The notes below the pieces were generated by a model. The model saw nothing but the letters and a program-made list of their open reading frames with translations. It did no database searches and was not told the DNA's origin. 64,000 nucleotides of DNA from Candidatus Methanomethylophilaceae archaeon (GTDB taxonomy: Archaea > Thermoplasmatota > Thermoplasmata > Methanomassiliicoccales > Methanomethylophilaceae): the NCBI GenBank assembly GCA_944320495.1, contig CALUHR010000003.1, positions 96,001 through 160,000 on the forward strand, in the 5' to 3' direction. Made by a program: the position numbers and the translations under genes. How positions within the stretch are numbered: the first letter of the stretch is position 1; each line of letters starts with the position of its first letter. Of the stretch, positions 38,493 to 48,558 are shown in pieces.

Positions 38493-40292
38493 ATGGAACC
38501 CATTGAGGATATCATATCCAAGGCCGAGGCAGGGGACGTGCAGTCCTGCTTCGAGCTTGGGCAGAGGTTCGCACTCGGCCAGGGCGTCGATGCGGACGAG
38601 TCTGCCGCCTTCGGTTGGTACGTCCGCGCAGCCAAAGGGGGTCATCCCGGGGCCCAGTTCGTCGTAGGCCACTGCCACGCCTACGGCCTGACGGTCCCAG
38701 CTGACCCTGCGGAGGGCTGCATGTGGATGTTCCGCGCATGCATGGAGGGCAACGCGGAGGCGCACAGATGGCTGTCCGACTATTACCAGTCGCACGAGAC
38801 GCCGAAAGACGGCGTCGTCTTCGAATACTTCAGGCAGAGGGCGGGCGCGGAGGATCCCGACGCGTCCTACGTTCTGGGCAGGCTGAAGGAGCTCGCCGTG
38901 GGCACGGAGTTCGACCCGGCGGGCGCTTTCGCGGATTACACCGCGGCCGCCGAGGCAGGTCACAACGCCGCGCGCTGCATGAGGGCCATCTGCGTCCTCA
39001 ACGGCATGGGCACCAGCCGCGACAGGAACCGCGGGGCCGCCATGCTCCAGGAGCAGGCCGAGGCGGGATACGCACCGGCCGCCGAGGAGCTCGGCAGGTG
39101 CTACGAGTACGGCTACGGAGTGGCCAGGGACCGCAGCAAGGCATTCGCGATCTACAGGGAGCTCGCCGATGCGGGAGACGCATCGGGAATGTACAACCTG
39201 GGAAGGGCGTACATGGACGGCATCGGCGTCGAGAAGGACGGACCGGCCGCATACGCATGGTACTCGGCAGCCGCCGGCAGGGGATCCATCTCCGCCGTGT
39301 ACGGGCTCGCCAGGTGCCACATCGGAGCCGTGGGGACCGAGAAGAACCGCGACCTGGGACTGAAGCTGCTCGAGGAGGCCGCCTCCTTCGGACAGACCGA
39401 CGCCATGGTCATGCTCGGACAGCTCAACGCCCGCGGCAAACAGGTCAAGAAGAACACCCAGCTCTCCGCTGCCTGGTTCAAGAGGGCCGCCGACCTGGGC
39501 GACGGATACGCCCAGCTGGTCACCGGCGACAACTACGCCAACGGCACCGGCCTCAAGAAGGACAACAAGATGGCCATCAGGTACTACCTGATGTCCGCCG
39601 CCCACGGCAACGACGTGGCCTGCTTCAACGTCGGCAACGCCTACGCCCTCGGACGCGGAGTCCCGAGGAACGACGAGCAGGCCTTCATCTGGCTCAACAG
39701 GGCCGCCGAGGACAACTACATGAAGGCCCAGTACTCCGTCGCGGAGGCCTACTCCAAGGGACGCGGAGTGAAGAAGGACCTCGCCAAGTCGTTCGCCATC
39801 CACAAGCAGCTCGCGGAGAACGGGTTCGCCAAGTCCCAGTACCATGTCGCCTACGGCTACATGGAGGGAGAGGGCACCGAGAAGGACCCTGCGACGGCCT
39901 ACGGATGGTTCGTCAAGGGAGCCGAGGGTGACGATCCAGTGTGCCTCTACTACGCCGGATACTGCTGCCAGAACGGCCTCGGTACCGAGAAGGACATGGA
40001 CAAGGCCGTCGAGTGGTACACCCGCGCGGCTCAGCTCGGACACATCATGTCCAGGGACATCGTCGAGCGCCTGACCGGAGAGAGGGTCCAGATCAAGGAG
40101 AAGGAGTCCCCGTTCCAGGCCTACCTCAGGTCCGCCGAGAAGGGAGACCCCGACGCCATGTTCATCGTCGGACGCTGCTACCAGGACGGAGTAGGCACCG
40201 AGAAGGACATGGACAAGGCCATGGAGTGGCTCAAGAAGGCCGCTGACAAGGGCAACGCCGCAGCCAAGAGGATGCTGCAGCCCAAGCAGTGA
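38493..40292 (+). CDS. Sel1-like repeat protein
   Basis: Many repeats (GMYNLGRAYMDGIG, AQYSVAEAYSKGRG, AMFIVGRCYQDGVG). Confidence 0.92.
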   Translation: MEPIEDIISKAEAGDVQSCFELGQRFALGQGVDADESAAFGWYVRAAKGGHPGAQFVVGHCHAYGLTVPADPAEGCMWMFRACMEGNAEAHRWLSDYYQSHETPKDGVVFEYFRQRAGAEDPDASYVLGRLKELAVGTEFDPAGAFADYTAAAEAGHNAARCMRAICVLNGMGTSRDRNRGAAMLQEQAEAGYAPAAEELGRCYEYGYGVARDRSKAFAIYRELADAGDASGMYNLGRAYMDGIGVEKDGPAAYAWYSAAAGRGSISAVYGLARCHIGAVGTEKNRDLGLKLLEEAASFGQTDAMVMLGQLNARGKQVKKNTQLSAAWFKRAADLGDGYAQLVTGDNYANGTGLKKDNKMAIRYYLMSAAHGNDVACFNVGNAYALGRGVPRNDEQAFIWLNRAAEDNYMKAQYSVAEAYSKGRGVKKDLAKSFAIHKQLAENGFAKSQYHVAYGYMEGEGTEKDPATAYGWFVKGAEGDDPVCLYYAGYCCQNGLGTEKDMDKAVEWYTRAAQLGHIMSRDIVERLTGERVQIKEKESPFQAYLRSAEKGDPDAMFIVGRCYQDGVGTEKDMDKAMEWLKKAADKGNAAAKRMLQPKQ

Positions 40293-40411
40293 TGAAACTC
40301 CAGACGGGGGTCTGCCCCCGTCATCTTTCCACTTTTACAGATACGGATGGGTTCATCCGGAAGAAGATGTGATCCGGGAGCCCCTCGCGGCGGCCCCCGA
40401 GGATGTTTGGT

Positions 40412-40516
40412 TCAGCTCCAGAGAGCCATGACGACGCCGACGGCCACGAGGATGACCAGGCTGATCGCGGGGAGCGCGTTGACGCACCTGTCCTGTTTGG
40501 AAATCTTGTGCTCCAT
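40412..40516 (-). CDS. 34-aa single-TM peptide (below ORF-track cutoff)
   Basis: MEHKISKQDRCVNALPAISLVILVAVGVVMALWS-TGA; TTTATAG upstream. Confidence 0.5.
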   Translation of the reverse strand: MEHKISKQDRCVNALPAISLVILVAVGVVMALWS

Positions 40517-40588
40517 GGGGGCGAATCCACGTATTCTCTATAAAGTAAATCCCCAACCTAGATATCCGCGACCGCGATAACCCTGGCC

Positions 40589-41068
40589 GTGATCGGGAGA
40601 ATAAGAGTTATGTTCGTATGCTACGGCAACATATGCCGCAGCCCCATGGCCGAGTTCGTCTTCAGGGACCTGCTGTCCCGCGAGGGGCTCGCCGAGAGAT
40701 TCGTCGTCGCATCGTCCGGCACCAGCGGGGAGCACATAGGCGACCCTCCGGACCCGAGGACCGTGAGGGAGCTCTCGCTCCACGGGATCGGCGCCTCCGG
40801 GAAGACGTCCAGGAGGCTCCTGCGCTCGGACTTCCTGGACTACGACTACATCGTCTGCATGGACTCGTCCAACCTCGGATACGCCAACAGGGTCGCGCCC
40901 TACGAGAAGGTGGCCGAGATCTCCAAGCTCATGGACTTCGCCGGAGGTGGGGACGTGGCCGACCCGTACTACACGGGCGACTTCGGCAAGGCTTACCGCG
41001 ACATCCTCCGCGGATGCGAGGGGCTCCTTGAGCACATCAGGGCGCAGCATCCGGAGCTGGGCGCATGA
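40589..41068 (+). CDS. Low-molecular-weight protein-tyrosine phosphatase family
   Basis: FVCYGNICRSPMAE, YIVCMD, DVADPYY. Confidence 0.93.
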   Translation: MIGRIRVMFVCYGNICRSPMAEFVFRDLLSREGLAERFVVASSGTSGEHIGDPPDPRTVRELSLHGIGASGKTSRRLLRSDFLDYDYIVCMDSSNLGYANRVAPYEKVAEISKLMDFAGGGDVADPYYTGDFGKAYRDILRGCEGLLEHIRAQHPELGA

Positions 41069-41604
41069 TCAGGACCTTCGTGTCCATACCGGTCCCGGAC
41101 AACTCGGAGATGGATTCCCTCAGGAGGGAGCTCAGGGTCGCCGGCATCCGCCCCAGCCCTCCGGAGCAGACCCACATCACCCTGAGGTTCATCGGCGACG
41201 TCCAGGAGTCCAAGGTGAAGAGGATAGCGGCATGCGTCGAGCGCGCTTCTCAGGGCATCGCGCCCTTCGAGCTTCGCGTCTCCGGGATCGGTGCGTTCCC
41301 GAACGAGAACAGGCCATCGGTCATATGGCTGGGGGCCGAGCCCGCCGGCACACTCCGCACACTCGCGGACCGCCTAGCCGAGGAACTCAGGAAAGAGGGC
41401 ATCGGATTCGACGCGAAGCCCTTCAGGGCCCATGTCACCGTGGCAAGGTCCCGTGACGGGGACGTTCCCCTCAGGATCTTCGATTCCCATCGCGACACCC
41501 TGTTCTCAGAATCGCAGGTCCGGGAGATCCTCGTCATGAGGAGCGACCTCGGTCCGGGCGGGGCGAAGCACACCGTCCTGGCCCGCGTGCCACTCCTGAA
41601 ATGA
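41065..41604 (+). CDS. thpR: RNA 2',3'-cyclic phosphodiesterase (2H family)
   Basis: HITLRFIG and HVTVAR, GAFP, VIWLG. Confidence 0.9.
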   Translation: MIRTFVSIPVPDNSEMDSLRRELRVAGIRPSPPEQTHITLRFIGDVQESKVKRIAACVERASQGIAPFELRVSGIGAFPNENRPSVIWLGAEPAGTLRTLADRLAEELRKEGIGFDAKPFRAHVTVARSRDGDVPLRIFDSHRDTLFSESQVREILVMRSDLGPGGAKHTVLARVPLLK

Positions 41605-41690
41605 TTATACATATCTAAAATCGTGCATGTATACTTGCACTGACGTCTGCCCTTTAAATCACGTGTGAGCGAACCACCGTCCCGAGTGAC

Positions 41691-42152
41691 ATGCAACTCA
41701 GGAACGGAAAGGATGAATCGGGAGGCATAGAGGGCCTCCCGCTCCAGCTCATGATCATCATACTGGTGGCGACCATGGGGGCCGCCATACTCGTGGGCTG
41801 GATGGGGAACATAGAGGCGCCCCATTCGATAGGAGATGTCGATGTGGATCCGGACAGCGTCGAGGCCGGTGCCGACGGTACAATCGTCGAAGCCGTCACC
41901 ATCACCGTCACCGACCAGGACGGGAACCTGCTGGAGGGCGCGACAGTCGTCCTCGAGGGTCTCAACGTGAGAGTCTCCGACGACGACGGCTACGAGACCG
42001 CGTATCTCGTCACCGACTCGGAAGGCAAGGTGACGTTCAAAAACCTGAACGTCAGACAGCCTGGGAACACGTCCGTGGGATTCATAGACGTACTGGTGAC
42101 GAAGTCCGGATACGGCGAGAGCAGCGACTGCAGGATCACGGTGGTATTTTGA
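41691..42152 (+). CDS. Type IV pilin-like protein
   Basis: KDESG/GIEGLPLQLMIIILVATMG, class III signal-peptide-like. Confidence 0.6.
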   Translation: MQLRNGKDESGGIEGLPLQLMIIILVATMGAAILVGWMGNIEAPHSIGDVDVDPDSVEAGADGTIVEAVTITVTDQDGNLLEGATVVLEGLNVRVSDDDGYETAYLVTDSEGKVTFKNLNVRQPGNTSVGFIDVLVTKSGYGESSDCRITVVF

Positions 42153-42571
42153 GGTCCGACGACCGCGGCGTGCTGGACATGCCGGTGAGGCTCGCGGTCG
42201 CCATCCTCATCATAGCCACTGTGACACCTGTACTGATGGGGATGGTCGGTACGGCCGAGGACGTCATGTCGTCATCGGAGGCGGAGGTCGAGGCCGACAG
42301 GCTCTGCGACGGCATTTCAAGGGCATACTACGGCGGCGAGGGTACGATGGTCTCCGTCGAGCTCTCGATCCCACCGGGACAAGCCCTGGAAATGGGCGGG
42401 GACGAGGAATACGTCATCCGCATCCTGGACGGCGGGAGGGAGATCGACAGGGTCTACATCGAGCGCCCCGCCGTCCCCGTGCTCGAACCGGTGAAGATCG
42501 CCGGTAGGACGGTCGTCACGATCCAGAGCGGCGTCTCCGATGGCGACTACGGGGTCTGGGTGTCCGCATGA
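42149..42571 (+). CDS. Pilin-like membrane-anchored protein
   Basis: TTGA overlap; DDRG/VLDMPVRLAVAILII. Confidence 0.55.
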   Translation: MRSDDRGVLDMPVRLAVAILIIATVTPVLMGMVGTAEDVMSSSEAEVEADRLCDGISRAYYGGEGTMVSVELSIPPGQALEMGGDEEYVIRILDGGREIDRVYIERPAVPVLEPVKIAGRTVVTIQSGVSDGDYGVWVSA

Positions 42572-43128
42572 TCGAGTTCACCCTCTCCCGCGTCGTCATG
42601 TGCGTGTGCGGGATCGCGCTGCTCGCCGCCGTCACCGGGATTCTGGGCGCCGTCAACGACGATTCCGAGAACGGGATGATGGACGGGCTCGCCGAGTCGG
42701 TGGCGGACGTCCTGGATAGGTTCGAGGACTCTGAGACGGACGAGCTGACACTGCGCGGAGTGGAGCTGCTGCCGTCCGATGATCATGTCCTGACGGTGTC
42801 CGGACATGTCGTCACCATAACCTGCGGCGACAGGACGTCCAAGGCTGCCACGTCCTACGGCGGGGAGTTCGAGCTCCGCCGTTCGACCGCGGTCACGCTG
42901 TCGAGATCGGTTCCCGAAGGTCTCGGCGATGTGCCTGACGGCATCGGTGAACACGTCGATCTCCTCGGGCGTGTTGTATATGTACGTGGAGGCGCGGGCG
43001 CTGCCGTCGATCCCGCGGGAGACGTAGAAGGGATGTGCGCAGTGCATGCCGGAGCGGATCATCACGCCGGCCATGCTGTCGAGCATCATGCCGATGTCGT
43101 GGGCGCCGAGGCCGTCGATGTTGAACGA
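42568..43128 (+). CDS. Membrane-anchored hypothetical protein; 3' end unresolved (first CGA 43126-43128, first standard stop 44283)
   Basis: ATGA overlap, MIEFTLSRVVMCVCGIALL; coding-like to about 42900, then antisense to the desulfurase gene. Confidence 0.45.
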
Positions 43129-44112
43129 GAACACGCCTCCCCTCAGACGGGGCTCCTCGGGACCGACGACATGCAGGCCGCGGACATCCTCGAGGGACGA
43201 GCATATGCGCTCCATGAGCATGAGGTCCCACCTCTCGACCTCGTCCATGCCTATCTTCGACAGGTATTCCAAGGCCGCCTTGGTGCCGATGATGCCGGCG
43301 TAGTCCTGCAGACCCGCCTCGAACCTGTCCGGTATCGGGGCAAGGTTGACGGAGTCGTAGGTGGCCAGTCCGACGGTGCCGCCTCCGAGCTCCAGCGGGC
43401 GCATCCTCTCCAGGACCTCGCGCCTGCCGTACATCACGCCCATGCCGGACGGCCCGAGCATCTTGTGGACGGACATGCAGTAGACGTCCGCCCCAAGATC
43501 CTCGAGGTCTATCGGCATGTGCGGGGCGGCCTGGGCGCCGTCCACTATGACGATGGCACCGTAGTCGTGGGCGATCTCCGCGACCGCCTTCACCGGGACT
43601 GTGCATCCGGTGACGTTGCCCGCATGCTGAACGGAGACCACCTTCACATCATGGTCCATGCACCTGTGGAAAGATTCCAGGTCGAACGTGCCGTCGGCCC
43701 TCGACTTGGTCATGCGCCTCCTTATCCCCACCGTCTCCTGGAGACGGAGCCAGGGCACATGGTTGGAGTTGTGCTCGGTGTCGGTGGTGACCACCACATC
43801 CCCCCTCTTCAGCGGTACGCCGTATGCCGCCGTGTTGAGTGCGCCGGTGCAGTTGCGCGTGAACGCATAGCAGTCGGGATCCTTCGTGTGGAAGAAGCGG
43901 GCGAGGGTCTCGCGGGTCTCGTCGATGGCGATGGACACGCGTGTCGCCATGGAGTGGACGCTGCGGCCCCCGCAGGCGGGGTAGTCCTCGTAGTACTCGG
44001 TGATCGCACGTATGACGCTGTCCGGCCTGAGGGACTGGCATGCACTGTCCAGATAGATCCCCTTGCCCTTGCGGATGGTCGGGAAGTCCGCACGCACCGA
44101 GTCGACGTCCAT
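42907..44112 (-). CDS. SufS/CsdA-type cysteine desulfurase (ends at CGA 42909-42907)
   Basis: VRADFP, IYLDSA, EHNSNHVPW, VDGAQ, SVHKMLGPSG, RFEAG, IRSGMHCA, RASTYIYNT; 401 aa. Confidence 0.92.
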
Positions 44113-44206
44113 GACGGTACGATGGGCTTCGCCGTAATAAGACCTGGGTATGCGCCGGAGCGCGGAGTTCGCCATCTTTATAGTCGCGCCATCCATCATC
44201 TCGGAC

Positions 44207-45112
44207 ATGGCATCGCTGAAAACCCGCGTCGGGACGCTGGACCTCGAGAGGCCCGGCATGGTCGCGTCCGGGATCATGGATGAGACCGGACCGTCGCTGG
44301 TGCGCATGATGGAATGCGGCTGCGGTGCGGTTGTCACTAAATCGATAGGGCTGCAGCCCAACCAGGGCCACGCCAATCCCTGCTTCACCGAGGTGGACGG
44401 CGGATACGTGAACGCCATGGGGCTCCCCAACCCGGGAATCGAGGAGTTCGCCTCCGAGATGGAGGTCGCTGTGAGGGCGGGGCCCGTCATCGGATCGATA
44501 TACGGAGCCGGACCAGGGGACTTCTCCGAACTCGCCGGCAGGATGGAGGACTACGGTGCCAGCGCCGTGGAGCTGAACCTCTCCTGCCCCCACGCCAAGG
44601 GATTCGGCATGGAGGTCGGGACCGACCCGGCCATGGTCGGATCCATCGTCTCCGCCGTGAAGTCGGCGGTATCCATACCCGTATGGGCCAAGCTCACGCC
44701 CAACACCCACATCCTGCAGGACATCGGACGTGCGGTGCAGGACGCCGGCGGTGACGCAATCGTCGCGATCAACACCTTGAAGGCCATGGTCATCGAGCCG
44801 GAGTTCGCCAGGCCGCTCCTGAGCAACAGGTTCGGCGGGCTCTCGGGGAAGTGCCTCCTGCCGGTCGGCGTCAGGGCGATCTACGACCTGAGAACGGCCG
44901 TCGACATCCCTCTGGTGGGTGTCGGAGGCATCGAGACCTGGAGGGACGCGGCCCAGTACATCATGGCCGGCGCATCCGCGTTCCAGATCGGCAGCGCCGT
45001 CGGGACGATAGGGCCGGAGGTCTTCTCCTTGATAAACGACGACCTTTCGGCATTCATGGACGAGTACGGCTACGGCCACATCTCCGACATGGTGGGGGTG
45101 GCCCATGACTGA
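44207..45112 (+). CDS. pyrD: Dihydroorotate dehydrogenase, catalytic subunit
   Basis: VVTKSIG, NAMGLPNPG, ELNLSCPH, WAKLTPN, INTLKAM, GGLSG, VGVGGI. Confidence 0.95.
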   Translation: MASLKTRVGTLDLERPGMVASGIMDETGPSLVRMMECGCGAVVTKSIGLQPNQGHANPCFTEVDGGYVNAMGLPNPGIEEFASEMEVAVRAGPVIGSIYGAGPGDFSELAGRMEDYGASAVELNLSCPHAKGFGMEVGTDPAMVGSIVSAVKSAVSIPVWAKLTPNTHILQDIGRAVQDAGGDAIVAINTLKAMVIEPEFARPLLSNRFGGLSGKCLLPVGVRAIYDLRTAVDIPLVGVGGIETWRDAAQYIMAGASAFQIGSAVGTIGPEVFSLINDDLSAFMDEYGYGHISDMVGVAHD

Positions 45113-45869
45113 CGTCGTGAGGATCGTCGATGTCGTGGACGAATGCTACGACACTAAGACGTTCGTCTTCGAGTGGGGCGCCGAGGTCAGGCCTGGACAG
45201 TTCGTCATGGTCTGGGTCCCCGGCGTGGACGAGATCCCCATGTCCGTCTCGGGCATCGACGGGAACAGGAAGAGCATTACCGTCAAGGCGATCGGAGAGG
45301 CCACCAGGGCCATACACCAGCTCAAGGCAGGCGACCACCTGAGGATCCGCGGGCCCTTCGGCAACGGGTTCGACCTCGGTTGCGGGGAGATGCTGATCAT
45401 CGGCGGAGGCGTGGGCACCGCCGCCATCATGCCCGCAGTGAAGGCCACCGGAGCGGACACGATCATCGCCGCGCGCTCGGACAGGGACGTCATCATGGAA
45501 TCCGTAGCATCCGGCAGCGCCGGGAGCCTCTGGATCGCCACCGACGACGGCAGCCGCGGGTTCCACGGCAACGCCGTCCAGCTCATGAGGGAGCGCATCG
45601 CCGAGAAGCACTACGACTGCGTGCTCGCCTGCGGACCCGAGGTCATGCTCTGGTTCACCTACAAGGCTTGCGAGGAGCTCGGCGTGGACTGCCAGCTCTC
45701 ATTGGAGAGGTACATGAAATGCGGCGCCGGCGTCTGCGGCTGCTGTGTGATGGACGACTCCCGCGTCTGCAGGGACGGACCGGTCTTCACCAGGGACCAG
45801 CTCTCGAAACTCACCGAATTCGGGAAGTCCAAGAGGGACGCCTGCGGACGCGTCGTGAGCTTCAGATGA
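45105..45869 (+). CDS. pyrK: Dihydroorotate dehydrogenase electron-transfer subunit
   Basis: PGQFVMVW, IRGPFGNGF, GGGVG, ACGPEVM, LERYMKCGAGVCGCC. Confidence 0.94.
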   Translation: MTDVVRIVDVVDECYDTKTFVFEWGAEVRPGQFVMVWVPGVDEIPMSVSGIDGNRKSITVKAIGEATRAIHQLKAGDHLRIRGPFGNGFDLGCGEMLIIGGGVGTAAIMPAVKATGADTIIAARSDRDVIMESVASGSAGSLWIATDDGSRGFHGNAVQLMRERIAEKHYDCVLACGPEVMLWFTYKACEELGVDCQLSLERYMKCGAGVCGCCVMDDSRVCRDGPVFTRDQLSKLTEFGKSKRDACGRVVSFR

Positions 45870-46300
45870 CTCAGGCGGGCCACATCACGGTGGTCCACGG
45901 GAACCTCACCGTGGACGTCCCCCGCAGGCTGTTCAGGGGACCGGACTGCGAGATAGACGAGGAGGCCGCCAGACCATTCAGGGACATGGTCAGGGCCAGG
46001 TACCCGTGGGTCTCCGAGAGCTCCATGGACGTCCTGATGAGCAAGGCCCGCAAGGAGATGATCCGCGTCATCGACGAGGAGACCGGAGGCAGGAGCCACA
46101 GCTCCAACCTCGCCCAGCAGGGCAAGCTCGACGAGGCGATTGCCCACATGAGGCTCCACATAGAGCAGGACCCAGAGGATGCGGACTCGTGGTACGCCCT
46201 CGGGAACCTGCTCTGCCAGGCCGGAAGGACCGACGAGGGATACAGGGCGTTCAACAGGGGACGCGAGCTCGCTCAGAAGGCCCAGAGAAGAGGTCGTTGA
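45866..46300 (+). CDS. TPR-containing protein
   Basis: ATGA overlap; GKLDEAI...DPEDADSWYALGNLLCQAGRTDEG. Confidence 0.8.
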   Translation: MTQAGHITVVHGNLTVDVPRRLFRGPDCEIDEEAARPFRDMVRARYPWVSESSMDVLMSKARKEMIRVIDEETGGRSHSSNLAQQGKLDEAIAHMRLHIEQDPEDADSWYALGNLLCQAGRTDEGYRAFNRGRELAQKAQRRGR

Positions 46301-47111
46301 TCGCTTCGACGACCTCCGGGACCGTGGCGCCCCACGGAACGCGCACGACGTCTCCGTCGCGCTCGTGACCCTGCTTCACCTTGCAGCATTTCACTATCGT
46401 CCTCTCCCCCGGAACGACGTAGTCCGCAGGGCAGACGTTTATGAACACGGGAACGTCGGAGCCGTACAGCTCACGGTAGATCCTGCGGGACAGATGGCAT
46501 CCTATCAGCGTGACCTCGCCGTCGACCTCGGGCGCATCGTCCAGGAAGAGGAACGGACGGTCCGCGGTGAGATGGGAGACCCTGCACGGGAACATGACGA
46601 TGGGCGTGAACACATCCGACACACGGTCGGCCATGTCTATGATGCGGTCCTCGGGGATTATTGGATGCTCCACGAAACCGGATGCGAGCGCCCTGCGGAC
46701 GAGAACCCCGAGCTTCGAGGGCGACGGGGGCACGTTGTCCACCACGACGAGGCTCTGCGGCTCCAGGTCCTTCACGTAGCTTATGTGCGAGAACATCCCG
46801 CGGACCACCACGGCCTTGCCCGGATGCCTCGCCTGCACCTCGGCCATGGCCGGGAGGTTGAGGACATCCAGGTCCGGGATCTCCTCGAAAACCGTGTCTT
46901 CGGGCATTGACACGATCTCATAGCCGTCCAGATCCCTGAAGAGACCTGTGCCGGGATGCTTGCGGAGCTCCACCACGGCGTATTCGTCCCCGTTCCTGAG
47001 GACAAGAGCCTCCGTGCGGACGTATGACCTCCAGCCGTCCATCAGGGACGCAACGGATTCGCGGGTCAGCGGCACATCCACATCCTTCATGGAGACATCC
47101 TTGCAGTGCAT
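46269..47111 (-). CDS. Conserved hypothetical Cys-containing protein (ends at CGA 46271-46269)
   Basis: 280 aa, MHCKDVSMKDV, MFPC, IGCHLS, INVCP, VKCCKV. Confidence 0.7.
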
Positions 47112-47186
47112 CAGCCCTCGATGCGGGAGCCAGTATAAAGGGGTGGCCTCAACGATTATATAGAACTGATGAATCGGGTGATTCAA

Positions 47187-47260
47187 GTCGGGGTACCACA
47201 GCGGCCATGGGGCGGACTGCAGATCCGTTTATGGGGGTTCAACTCCCTCCCCCGACTCCA
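47187..47260 (+). tRNA. tRNA-Cys (GCA)
   Basis: Acceptor GTCGGGG/CCCCGAC, U73 discriminator, encoded CCA, anticodon arm GCGGA-CTGCAGA-TCCGT, T arm GGGGG-TTCAACT-CCCTC. Confidence 0.95.
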
Positions 47261-47316
47261 TACAATTTATGAGAATTGGTGTTTCGTTCCCGGTCCTATT
47301 GGACCGGGAGTTGGGT

Positions 47317-47802
47317 TCAGTCCTCGCCCTCCTCGTCGTCCTCGCCGAGCATCAGACGGACCATGAACTCGTCCGATGTCTCACCGAAGGCCTCTATGAG
47401 GGCGTCGTCCTCCACATACATGCCGTAGGCGGTGCCGTCGTAGGACACGAACACGGAGGCGGCGAAGGGCTCGCCGTCGTACTCCTTGTCGAGATACTCG
47501 TCTATCTCGTCGTTACGGTCGTCGATGGCCTCGTAGACCTCGTCCATGCACTCCTCCTCGAACATCTCCTCCAGGGGGTAGGCCCCCGGATCGACGTAGA
47601 AGTCGTCGAACTCTGGATAGTCGTACTGGACCATGAGCGCCCTGGACCCTACTGCATCCGCGAACTTCAGCACCGAGTAGATGTCGTTGGAACCGACCTG
47701 CACCGGTCCGGTCATCGGTTCGAGGGCACCAGCCACCTCGAACACCGGGATGTCCGCTCTCGCCCTGATATCCTCCATCGTCGGTATGACGCTCTGCTTC
47801 AT
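47317..47802 (-). CDS. Acidic hypothetical protein
   Basis: 161-aa D/E-rich ORF with coding-like codon usage. Confidence 0.7.
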   Translation of the reverse strand: MKQSVIPTMEDIRARADIPVFEVAGALEPMTGPVQVGSNDIYSVLKFADAVGSRALMVQYDYPEFDDFYVDPGAYPLEEMFEEECMDEVYEAIDDRNDEIDEYLDKEYDGEPFAASVFVSYDGTAYGMYVEDDALIEAFGETSDEFMVRLMLGEDDEEGED

Positions 47803-47971
47803 GGATTTGGAATCTCATCCCAGACGTATAATTGTACCCTCTATGGGCCAGCCACAAGACACCTGGCATGTGCCAGACGTACGATTCCCGATGCTTGCGC
47901 CCTGTGACCGGACATACGCGGCGAAGCAAAGCTATATAAAAGGCATTTAAATAGCCCGATTCGGTGCTTAG

Positions 47972-48520
47972 ATGGCAAAGATGAACATCGAGAATGTGGT
48001 CGCCTCTACCTATCTCGGCCAGGAGCTCGACCTCAACAGGATTGAGGAGGCTCTGGAGGGCGCCGAATACAACCCTCAGCAGTTCCCCGGACTCGTCTAC
48101 AGGCTCAAGGAGCCCAAGACCGCTACCCTGATCTTCAGGAGCGGAAAGGTCGTCTGCACGGGAGCCAAGTGCAGGGACGACGTCAAGGTCGCAATCTCGA
48201 AGGTGGCCAAGGATCTCGAGAAGGCCGATGTCCACATCACCATCGAACCCAAGATCGAGGTGCAGAACATCGTCGCATCCTCCGACCTCGAGCAGGAGAT
48301 CAACCTCAACACGGTCGCCATCACACTCGGTCTGGAGAAGGTCGAGTACGAGCCCGAGCAGTTCCCCGGACTCGTCTACAGGCTGGACGACCCCAAGGTC
48401 GTCGTCCTGCTCTTCGGATCCGGCAAGATGGTCTGCACCGGCGCGAAGGTCCCCGAGGACGTCACCCGCGCCGTAGACAAGATCGCCGCGGAGCTCAGGG
48501 CCGCCAGCCTGATGAGCTGA
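47972..48520 (+). CDS. tbp: TATA-box binding protein
   Basis: IENVVAS, EYNPQQFPGLVYRL, IFRSGKVVCTGAK; second repeat EYEPEQFPGLVYRL, LFGSGKMVCTGAK. Confidence 0.97.
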   Translation: MAKMNIENVVASTYLGQELDLNRIEEALEGAEYNPQQFPGLVYRLKEPKTATLIFRSGKVVCTGAKCRDDVKVAISKVAKDLEKADVHITIEPKIEVQNIVASSDLEQEINLNTVAITLGLEKVEYEPEQFPGLVYRLDDPKVVVLLFGSGKMVCTGAKVPEDVTRAVDKIAAELRAASLMS

Positions 48521-48558
48521 ACCGAGGGCGCCGGAAGGCGTCCTCCGGGAAAACACCC

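Noticed and set aside
42910-44283. 571-aa plus-strand ORF
   Set aside because: Beyond about residue 115 it is the antisense of the cysteine desulfurase gene.
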